64,000 bases of DNA, from contig JASANG010001881.1 of assembly GCA_030248215.1 (NCBI GenBank), positions 248,001 to 312,000 of the forward strand, given 5' to 3'. The notes below the pieces were generated by a model. It was not told where the DNA came from. It did not search any database and saw only the letters and a program-made list of their open reading frames with translations. The first letter of the stretch is position 1, and each line of letters starts with the position of its first letter. The position numbers and the translations under genes were made by a program. Positions 61,101 through 64,000 of the stretch are shown piece after piece. This DNA is from Enoplolaimus lenunculus. Its lineage: Eukaryota.

Positions 61101-63911
61101 AGACAAGTGTATAGGGAACGAATACCGTCTAAATAGCTGAAAAAGTACAGAAAATGGACGGATGTACAGGATAAGGATGTCGCTATACTTTTGACGACGT
61201 CCGGCACTGTATGTCGCTACCCGTCATCGTGCGCCACCATACGGTATCAAACGCGAATTGCTCACATACGATACAGGATGGTGACGGACGACGCCGGACG
61301 TTGCCACACGTCACATATAAGGCCATCCTTAAGGAGCCTAAGACCCTTGGTTTTGAACCTCAATAATAAGCACGAGACATATCACTTACTCATGCACTGA
61401 GGGGCAGATAGATCATACGCTCCACTGGGCATGCAAATTAGCGTAGGCGATCCAAATAAATGATATCCAGGATCGCATGTATACGTCACGCTGATTGGAC
61501 GAATAATCGGAGTTGATGTGTCATTAATTGCATAATTTCCGTTTACAACCACTGTGGGTGTCGGACAAATTGCTAAAATTCATTTTGAAAAAATATAAAA
61601 TTATGCCAAATAATAGTTGATGTTAATAAAATACAATTAAAAAAATCAAAAATTCTAAAGCCCCAATTCACTCGTGCAAGTTTTTGCAGCAAGAAGCAAG
61701 GTATTTTCAAAGGAACATTTGGATTGACCAATCAAACTGCAGGTGCAAGAAATTCAAGCGACTTGAAACTGCGTTCACAGGTGCTAATTAAATTATATTG
61801 CATGAATTCCAGTGCATTAATACTTACCTGCGCATACTGGAGGATCATAATTGAACAATTGTGTATCAAGACACGTCAGAATCGCTTCGCCAATAAGATA
61901 ATAATTCGCTGCGCAGGTATACGAAACAGTGATATTTTCAATTACAGGGTTGCTACTTTCTACGTAAGTTGCAGAGTTAACATTTGGTATATTGGTGCAT
62001 ATTCCTGAAATTTTATAATATTAATTGTACTAAAAATGGGTTTTTCTACAGGAACAACTTTGATTTAAGCTTAAAAGTAAGGATTAGACTTAAGTTTAGG
62101 TTTAAGAAAAAACTTAGGCAAACGAGAAGGCTTGTGCTTAGCCATAGGTAAGCATATGATGTTAGCCTGAGTCTAAGCCTAAACCTAAACATAAATAAAT
62201 ATGATGGGATGTGTTCAAGAATCAAAATTACTTTAAAATATCTTGTGAAAAGATTTCCGTCGGTAAACTTGTAAGATTTAGAATTTATTTTTCAAAATTT
62301 CGACACGTATTTTAAGTAGGATTTCAGGACAGAACAGTTTTTAGGAATTGCAAAGTTTTGGCTTCAGGTAAAAGTTTATGCTTAAACTTAAGCAAGAGTT
62401 TCTGCACTAGGTTTTATCTTAAGGTTAAGGTTAGTCTTAAGGATAACATTAAGAAGGTTACGTTAAAAGTTACGTGAATTTTAGGCAAAACAAAGCAGCA
62501 TCTGGCTATGGTTATCACCACGGTTGCTTTATATACTGGCTAAGCTTAGAATTTTTTTAAAAATTAAGCCAATTTTAAATAAATCACCAAATTTTTCTAA
62601 GCGGAACGGCCTATTTGACAGGGTGCAATCGAGATTCCGATTCAGATTAGAATTTCGATTCAATTCCGATTCCGATTGCACAATCAGTCGAAATCAGAAT
62701 TTTGCTATTTTAATTTTAAAGCTACTTGATGTGATACGTTGCATAAAAATTTTGTATTATTTATGTATTAAATTGCTTTCGTTGAGTTAACTTATCAATA
62801 ATGGATTGTAGTTTAGCTTTACTTAACCAAAACTCATCGCCAATTTGATCATACTACCTTTTTGAAAATTGTTACCACCCAACAGACACCCAAATCAATA
62901 TTATGTCATTACAAAATATCCGTACAGCCACAAAAGTTCCAGTTCCGATTCCGATTGAGATTACAATTCCAGTATAAGTTTGCTGTTCCGTTTCCGATTC
63001 CGGTATAATCCAGTTCCGCTTTGCACCCTGCTTATTGAGTGTAGTATTCCTGTATATTTTTAGGCTAACATTCAAACACCTTTGGTTTAGGATTTAGGCT
63101 TAAGCCATAAGCTAATTTTTTCATTTTAGATAATTTTTTAAAAAAGTAATTAAATTTCACCTGAACAAAACGGCAACTGACTATCGTAACCGCCACTGCT
63201 GGTACAAGCTGAAGACGCAACTCCAACGAGAAAATAATCCGTTTGACAACTGAAGCTCACCGAGATTCCATCGTAGACTTCGGTTTGCGTCGGTCCAATA
63301 TAATTCCAAGCGCCATATGGAATATTGGGATTAGGACAGATTTCTGAAACATTTTTATCAATAAAGCCTAAGAGTGCCGTATGCCCGTAGCCAGCTCACC
63401 TTGCTTGGTAGGCTAAAACATTTTCAAGAAGGGCATACAAGGGTTTTCGTTGACTTACAAACAAGGTTGATAATTTTCTAAGGCGGGGCAAAGTTCAGCT
63501 AAACAAAGTTAATTTATTGAAGTTATTTTGACAAATTTTACTCATCACATGATGGAAGCAGAAATTTATTAATTTAAAACAATTAAATTACGAAAAATTC
63601 AAATTTGGGTATGGAATGATTAGCACTGTTCGTCGTAAGCTCAAATCAACAATTTTCAAAATACGACAATTTTTGGCAATCGCTAGCTGACAGACTATAG
63701 TCAAAAGTCCGTTTTGCTAAAGGATATTTCATACTTAAACAACTCGGAGCCGGAACATCGTACAGTCCAGATTGTTGACAAATCAATGTTGAACTTCCGT
63801 TCATGTGATATCCCGCGTCGCATGTGTACGTCGCATTCTCCGGATTTATTATCGGTGATCCGCTGACGACAAAATTTCCATTACTCACCGTGTCCGGTGT
63901 CGGGCAAATGG
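21995..63911 (-). CDS. 5'-partial multi-exon gene: >=29 Sushi/CCP modules + 3 EGF-like modules fused to a DEG/ENaC/ASIC (ASC family) channel C-terminal ectodomain and TM2
   Basis: 43 exons with GT-AG boundaries and matching phases, summed length 6677 nt (2 nt of a split codon + 2225 codons incl. TGA). CCP consensus C-x(25-30)-[YF]xC-x-x-GY-x-[LM]-x-G-x(4)-C-x(5)-[YF][DN]-x(3)-P-x-C. EGF consensus. DEG/ENaC motifs GYTL..C.W, FGNCYTFN, GxxxGL, GFK..H, CxC thumb, IYFES, LSDIGG..G..GMS..E. Individual exons are listed below. Confidence 0.9.
22647..22877. mobile_element. TTAGGC-carrying MITE
   Basis: ggcccatgtaaagatcagaggcg ... cgcccctgttctttacattggcc. Confidence 0.8.
22944..23016 (-). CDS. Exon 42: DEG/ENaC pre-TM2 strands
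   Basis: 73 nt, phase 2-0, ttttag/gtgagt; GKAAVVIYFESMVFQSLTEQITYD. Confidence 0.9.
24498..24511 (-). CDS. Exon 41: 14-nt micro-exon (EGKL-T)
   Basis: gattttag GAAGGCAAACTGAC gtaagt; phase 0-2, the phase change needed between exon 40 and exon 42. Confidence 0.7.
24993..25013 (-). CDS. Optional 21-nt micro-exon candidate (VVFNSSL), not counted in the 43-exon model
   Basis: phase 0-0, ttctag/gtaagt; frame-neutral, so not required by the model. Confidence 0.35.
25199..25259 (-). CDS. Exon 40: DEG/ENaC palm strand after the thumb
   Basis: 61 nt, phase 2-0, atacag/gtaatt; SERYIVSATKTKAMKLQSAE (CxxxxY spacing typical of the family). Confidence 0.8.
25831..25900 (-). CDS. Exon 39: DEG/ENaC thumb, C-terminal part
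   Basis: 70 nt, phase 1-2, tgacag/gtaagt; KCAEDMEATTPQGVSKICREAC(W). Confidence 0.85.
26554..26659 (-). CDS. Exon 38: DEG/ENaC Cys-rich thumb
   Basis: 106 nt, phase 0-1, ttttag/gttagt; GCELSLKQMETIGSCNCSNPKIAKPPNSTVCGLTL. Confidence 0.9.
27543..27794. mobile_element. TA-flanked MITE with CACTGTAAATT ends and aactca/tgagtt internal repeats
   Basis: ta|cactgtaaattccaatg ... tcaaatttacagtg|ta; about 10 copies: 11161-11398, 23438-23676, this one, 29450-30327, ~31110-31281, 31590-31837, 32245-32470, 32614-32856, 33008-33257, 37291-37542. Confidence 0.82.
28024..28122 (-). CDS. Exon 37: DEG/ENaC, entry to the thumb
   Basis: 99 nt, phase 0-0, tttcag/gtaaga; TQMTMLPPKQGGTCINSTSEIDHYYYAGGYSSF (LPxPxGxC...YS-like). 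Confidence 0.9.
28210..28631. mobile_element. hAT-like MITE (CAGGG ends, ttccgg/ttccga subterminal repeats)
   Basis: cagggttcca ... tggaaccctg; perfect 8-bp TSD CTAAACAC. Confidence 0.85.
29061..29221 (-). CDS. Exon 36: DEG/ENaC palm/beta-ball
   Basis: 161 nt, phase 1-0, tttaag/gtaagt; LWMTLDAKPDLYSSLIESVGFKINFHTPGIAPFPEYEGTIVLPGYQNLFSLKY. Confidence 0.93.
29513..29818. mobile_element. Palindromic MITE (tgcatcgtt...ttttgccaccgaaaa ends), TAA TSD, nested in a CACTG-ended element
   Basis: TAA duplicated relative to the uninterrupted host copy at 33008-33257; second copy at 36219-36534. Confidence 0.8.
29902..30229. mobile_element. MITE with CAAGAGTG ends, second insertion in the same host element
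   Basis: caagagtgcatgatac ... atccactcttg; relatives at about 24050-24236, 30563-30760, 35562-35873, 57490-57799. Confidence 0.78.
30777..30871 (-). CDS. Exon 35: DEG/ENaC ectodomain, FGNCYTFN motif
   Basis: 95 nt, phase 2-1, tttaag/gtaatt; LDFYHPQFGNCYTFNGNITNRFVTSRAGMDE(G). Confidence 0.93.
31289..31527 (-). CDS. Exon 34: acidic Pro/Thr linker and start of DEG/ENaC ectodomain
   Basis: 239 nt, phase 0-2, tttcag/gtaagc; ENSQEPDAPAGETTTGAPGAVTEEEKLEPPPMTVESLQANIREMTKFFVEEQSDEVKKSMGYTLKESVQTCVWRRKECT(W). Confidence 0.88.
33008..33257. mobile_element. CACTG-ended TA-flanked MITE
   Basis: Complete TIRs and TA flanks. Confidence 0.82.
33304..33390 (-). CDS. Exon 33: linker between EGF region and channel ectodomain
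   Basis: 87 nt, phase 0-0, tttcag/gtaagt; KEEAKQEVAAVLSELFTEPLISIPGPVID; higher GC than flanks; phase matches both neighbours. Confidence 0.72.
34013..34101 (-). CDS. Exon 32: truncated calcium-binding-type EGF module 3 (4 Cys only)
   Basis: 89 nt, phase 1-0, tttcag/gttagt; IDECESSPCDENAECIDYVNGYSCLSTAK. Confidence 0.8.
34399..34512 (-). CDS. Exon 31: calcium-binding-type EGF module 2
   Basis: 114 nt, phase 1-1, ttttag/gtacgc; TDECKEQPCHVSAECIDLHLNYTCKCAPGYTGYHCDS. Confidence 0.9.
34886..35068. mobile_element. TTAGGC-carrying MITE
   Basis: Family ends, degenerate TSD taaatttc/caaatttg. Confidence 0.78.
35896..36030 (-). CDS. Exon 30: EGF-like module 1
   Basis: 135 nt, phase 1-1, tttcag/gtaagt; LMEGFKSCEDFGENLCANDGDCVMSNDTYYCYCKPGWVGEDCSV (6 Cys, CxCxxGWxGxxC). 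Confidence 0.9.
36690..36866 (-). CDS. Exon 29: Sushi/CCP 29
   Basis: 177 nt, phase 1-1, tttcag/gtacgt; inside ORF 36631..36894 (TCPDPVFIPNGEH...YDYPEPKCE). Confidence 0.9.
37291..37542. mobile_element. CACTG-ended TA-flanked MITE
   Basis: Complete TIRs and TA flanks. Confidence 0.82.
37574..37750 (-). CDS. Exon 28: Sushi/CCP 28
   Basis: 177 nt, phase 1-1, ttttag/gtgagt; ICLDPTNAEGLEWTPSGRPIATGITVSFVCLTDYYLKGEPMLTCLESGEYDLEQPVCA. Confidence 0.88.
38105..38284 (-). CDS. Exon 27: Sushi/CCP 27
   Basis: 180 nt, phase 1-1, tttcag/gtaagt; inside ORF 38082..38297 (ICGMPPDISGGSF...YQPEAPVCE). Confidence 0.9.
38735..38923. repeat. Short dispersed direct duplication (46-bp block plus 18-bp block)
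   Basis: cggacatttgaaattgcaacgctcaaaattggtgcacaagtagggc at 38735-38780 and 38860-38905, each followed (the first after an A-rich gap) by aaatcaaacgcgaacaat. Confidence 0.85.
39383..39556 (-). CDS. Exon 26: Sushi/CCP 26
   Basis: 174 nt, phase 1-1, ttgcag/gtaagt; ICPNPVDIANGGFTADTVVYDGLTVTYTCNDGYSLVGNAVRTCGSSAVYDNEEPLCK. Confidence 0.9.
40015..40191 (-). CDS. Exon 25: Sushi/CCP 25
   Basis: 177 nt, phase 1-1, ttgcag/gtgagt; inside ORF 40001..40207 (ICPDSPVVEHATF...YDTNAPVCK). Confidence 0.9.
40858..41490. repeat. Long degenerate inverted repeat / foldback-type element (caccc...gggtg ends)
   Basis: ccgcgtctaaa..tttgaaaaatt..ttttaaggtcccaag mirrored by ttggaaccttaaaa..aatttttcaaaa..tttagacgcgg; centre tcaaataactgatttg / caaatcagttatttga. 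Confidence 0.7.
41533..41709 (-). CDS. Exon 24: Sushi/CCP 24
   Basis: 177 nt, phase 1-1, tttaag/gtatac; ICADPPDVAYLSWTPASRPIIENVTVTYSCDAGFHMLGSQTIACTINGGYAEDSPTCS. Confidence 0.86.
41768..41951. mobile_element. TTAGGC-carrying MITE with a near-pure (TTAGGC)n core
   Basis: ggcccatgtatagaacagg ... ccttgttatatacatgggcc. Confidence 0.8.
42290..42475 (-). CDS. Exon 23: Sushi/CCP 23
   Basis: 186 nt, phase 1-1, tttaag/gtaaag; ICSTPDTISNGAFTTSNADGTPIVDGDIATYSCNVGYHMIGVASLTCTATNIYDQESPVCI. Confidence 0.88.
42728..42907 (-). CDS. Exon 22: Sushi/CCP 22
   Basis: 180 nt, phase 1-1, ttttag/gtatgt; inside ORF 42666..42920 (ICPDLANITNGYY...QADHTYDVMPPECK). Confidence 0.9.
43431..43503 (-). pseudogene. Degenerate tRNA-Ile(AAT)-like sequence or tRNA-derived SINE head
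   Basis: GGCTGCGTAGCTCAGTGGTTAGAAC-A-GCGGA-TTAATAA-TCCGT-ACATC-ATGGG-TTCGAAC: A box, B box and anticodon arm intact; acceptor and T stems pair poorly. Confidence 0.6.
43570..43758 (-). CDS. Exon 21: Sushi/CCP 21
   Basis: 189 nt, phase 1-1, ttttag/gtatct; ICPDPTPVTFATAARSQSDVSIPLVNGDTVTWACDANYHMLGGNVAICLVDGTFDVGPPVCK. Confidence 0.88.
43846..44120. mobile_element. PIF/Harbinger (Tourist)-like MITE with tgcaag/cttgca repeats
   Basis: TIR agccctattcacacgtgca; TAA on both sides; relatives at 18109-18383, about 5488-5810, about 19000-19282 and fragments near 15200-15330 and 61660. Confidence 0.82.
45876..46049 (-). CDS. Exon 20: Sushi/CCP 20 (variant: YTA instead of YTC, extra Cys at the NG turn)
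   Basis: 174 nt, phase 1-1, tttcag/gtaagt; ICEDPSVPSCTFTTTSTPIIDAVIVSYTANVDYYVVGTNSITCLQNGTYDNAYPVCE. Confidence 0.88.
46911..47090 (-). CDS. Exon 19: Sushi/CCP 19 (alternative in-frame acceptor gives exon start 47237, from a 147-bp tandem duplication)
   Basis: 180 nt, phase 1-1, tttcag/gtattg; inside ORF 46888..47127 (VCPTPSISNGSY...YDYAEPVCK). Confidence 0.88.
46961..47254. repeat. 147-bp tandem duplication covering the acceptor and 5' part of exon 19
   Basis: 46961-47107 vs 47108-47254, one visible mismatch (synonymous ACC/ACT). Confidence 0.92.
47541..47723 (-). CDS. Exon 18: Sushi/CCP 18
   Basis: 183 nt, phase 1-1, ttttag/gtatta; inside ORF 47512..47736 (ICPDPTTVSNGGF...YDNAVPVCE). 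Confidence 0.9.
48400..48576 (-). CDS. Exon 17: Sushi/CCP 17
   Basis: 177 nt, phase 1-1, ttatag/gtacgt; ICSNPVQISNGNVSLAFNPVYEGITVTYACDVGYFLIGSATLTCLQADQYSADWPICK. Confidence 0.9.
49074..49348. mobile_element. Non-autonomous DNA transposon (MITE), GG-ended TIRs, internal TTAGGC-type array; Merlin-like by end/TSD pattern
   Basis: TIR ggcc(a/c)atgtaaaga(a/t)caggggcg; perfect 8-bp TSD ATTACGCG on both sides. Confidence 0.85.
49775..49951 (-). CDS. Exon 16: Sushi/CCP 16
   Basis: 177 nt, phase 1-1, tttcag/gtacac; ICPTLDLLGNGTYIANDSPVYEAVTVTHTCNSGYYLVGDSVLTCLATAAYDLSQPVCK. Confidence 0.9.
50930..51106 (-). CDS. Exon 15: Sushi/CCP 15
   Basis: 177 nt, phase 1-1, ttttag/gtaagt; ICPAPSAVQFASHNATANPMFDGQTVTYSCNSGYHMLGPPMLTCNSDFVYDINTPVCK. 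Confidence 0.9.
51404..51611. repeat. Tandem repeat, 52 bp x 4 identical copies
   Basis: Unit gttgaaaatcgcacgcgattggttgttcacgatgaacatacaaaggttttcg. Confidence 0.95.
52124..52303 (-). CDS. Exon 14: Sushi/CCP 14
   Basis: 180 nt, phase 1-1, ttgtag/gtaaag; QCSSSIQIGNGTVVFSTTPVYEGSTATFSCDASFHLVGPNAVLTCQADHTYNYGAPVCR. Confidence 0.88.
53069..53251 (-). CDS. Exon 13: Sushi/CCP 13
   Basis: 183 nt, phase 1-1, ttttag/gtaacc; inside ORF 52968..53267 (ICPPVPVVPFSSH...YDRTPPVCK). Confidence 0.9.
53894..54067 (-). CDS. Exon 12: Sushi/CCP 12 (variant: YTA instead of YTC, extra Cys at the NG turn)
   Basis: 174 nt, phase 1-1, tttcag/gtaaga; ICPSPVSANCGYNVTSSPIIDQVSVAYTADTGYYLVGSQSLTCLLSGLYDGDYPVCE. Confidence 0.88.
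54161..54882. repeat. 41-bp minisatellite, about 17 copies, filling most of the intron between exons 11 and 12
   Basis: Consensus ttttcccacgatacttatcgacgcacattggactagaacaa. Confidence 0.95.
54958..55140 (-). CDS. Exon 11: Sushi/CCP 11
   Basis: 183 nt, phase 1-1, tttcag/gtaagt; ICSDPPLVTNSSVVISDTSTPIIEPITLTYTCNSGYHMIGETVLTCQFHGVYNFAQPVCK. Confidence 0.9.
55402..55578 (-). CDS. Exon 10: Sushi/CCP 10
   Basis: 177 nt, phase 1-1, tttcag/gtaagt; RCDTISNVPNGSYVASSDPVVENSTVTYSCNLGYYLVGNSMLTCLDRETFDFGAPVCA. Confidence 0.9.
56369..56545 (-). CDS. Exon 9: Sushi/CCP 9
   Basis: 177 nt, phase 1-1, ttttag/gtgagt; ICPAGATISDGSVSDSASPMYEGMTTTYICNDGWFMVGSSVLECLDTGLYNISVPMCL. Confidence 0.9.
56671..56971. 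mobile_element. MITE with the same ggcccatgta ends but an aatccc/tttccc-rich interior
   Basis: ggcccatgtatagaacaag ... cctctccagtacatgggcc; degenerate TSD gctcgggt/gctagagt. Confidence 0.7.
58048..58227 (-). CDS. Exon 8: Sushi/CCP 8
   Basis: 180 nt, phase 1-1, ttctag/gtaaac; ICPAPTLINGSFTQSVPDADVIDGIFITYTCDSGYHMLGQPVLTCQLNGTYDYDEPICQ. Confidence 0.9.
58383..58543. mobile_element. TTAGGC-carrying MITE (same family)
   Basis: TIR ggcccatgtacagaacaggg / ccctgttctatacatgagcc; perfect 8-bp TSD AACGTTTT. Confidence 0.85.
59308..59490 (-). CDS. Exon 7: Sushi/CCP 7
   Basis: 183 nt, phase 1-1, tttcag/gtaagt; inside ORF 59267..59605 (ICSNPADVEHASY...YDYTAPVCK). Confidence 0.9.
59855..60031 (-). CDS. 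Exon 6: Sushi/CCP 6
   Basis: 177 nt, phase 1-1, tttcag/gtacgt; inside ORF 59826..60137 (ICSTVPGVINSTY...DSPAPYCA). Confidence 0.9.
60417..60599 (-). CDS. Exon 5: Sushi/CCP 5
   Basis: 183 nt, phase 1-1, ttttag/gtaaat; ICFTPSITNGSWSFVDSSISVIYETVSVDIACDSGYHLVGTPTRQCTPTGGYDLTLPFCS. Confidence 0.9.
61390..61572 (-). CDS. Exon 4: Sushi/CCP 4
   Basis: 183 nt, phase 1-1, ttttag/gtaagt; ICPTPTVVVNGNYAINDTSTPIIRPISVTYTCDPGYHLFGSPTLICMPSGAYDLSAPQCM. Confidence 0.9.
61828..62004 (-). CDS. Exon 3: Sushi/CCP 3
   Basis: 177 nt, phase 1-1, tttcag/gtaagt; ICTNIPNVNSATYVESSNPVIENITVSYTCAANYYLIGEAILTCLDTQLFNYDPPVCA. Confidence 0.9.
62619..63030. mobile_element. hAT-like MITE
   Basis: cagggtgcaa ... ttgcaccctg; degenerate TSD ctatttga/cttattga; attccg repeats. 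Confidence 0.72.
63161..63343 (-). CDS. Exon 2: Sushi/CCP 2
   Basis: 183 nt, phase 1-1, tttcag/gtgaaa; ICPNPNIPYGAWNYIGPTQTEVYDGISVSFSCQTDYFLVGVASSACTSSGGYDSQLPFCS. Confidence 0.9.
63735..63911 (-). CDS. Exon 1 (first in window): Sushi/CCP 1
   Basis: 177 nt, phase 1-1, ttgcag/gtatga; ICPTPDTVSNGNFVVSGSPIINPENATYTCDAGYHMNGSSTLICQQSGLYDVPAPSCL. Confidence 0.9.
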
Positions 63912-64000
63912 CTGCAATCAAATCATAAAATTAATAATAAAACTGTAATAAATAAATTAGGAAATAAATAACGATGAAAGCGTTAACGTTGACTTAGATA

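Noticed and set aside
34013..63911. Assignment to SVEP1, selectin/furrowed, CR1, factor H or lev-9
   Set aside because: No vWA, pentraxin, HYR, lectin or WAP domain is visible, the modules lack the canonical Trp, and the frame continues into a DEG/ENaC domain.

Overview
AT-rich animal genomic DNA, probably a nematode (TTTCAG/TTTTAG-dominated splice acceptors and abundant TTAGGC repeats; taxon is an inference). The right two-thirds (minus strand, 63911 down to 21995, 5' end beyond the window) hold one multi-exon gene that I could thread by hand through 43 phase-consistent GT-AG exons (6677 nt, about 2220 aa in the window). It encodes 29 tandem Sushi/CCP modules (one per phase 1-1 exon), then two complete and one truncated EGF module, then an acidic Pro/Thr linker, then the C-terminal part of a DEG/ENaC/ASIC (amiloride-sensitive, ASC) channel ectodomain (FGNCYTFN, Cys-rich thumb, IYFESM, TM2 LSDIGGTMGFALGMS). 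No TM1 or FPxxTxCN motif lies between the repeats and the channel part. So either a >1,700-aa CCP rod is inserted into the channel finger region or it replaces the N-terminal part; this is the main candidate for an undescribed system (a channel with a built-in extracellular tether). The left third holds two intronless, paralogous small ORFs (10315-10719 and 17576-18010, plus strand) with signal-peptide-like starts and a shared C-terminal motif AIxxIxKNxVPPLMxAGV-stop that is conserved despite near-saturated synonymous change. I do not recognise this family. The rest is intron or intergenic DNA dense in non-autonomous DNA transposons (GG-ended 8-bp-TSD MITEs carrying TTAGGC arrays, plus hAT-, Harbinger- and TA-flanked families), minisatellites and degenerate tRNA-like sequences. 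No CRISPR array, rRNA, intact tRNA or transposase gene was found. All coordinates and translations were read by eye; no database searches were run.
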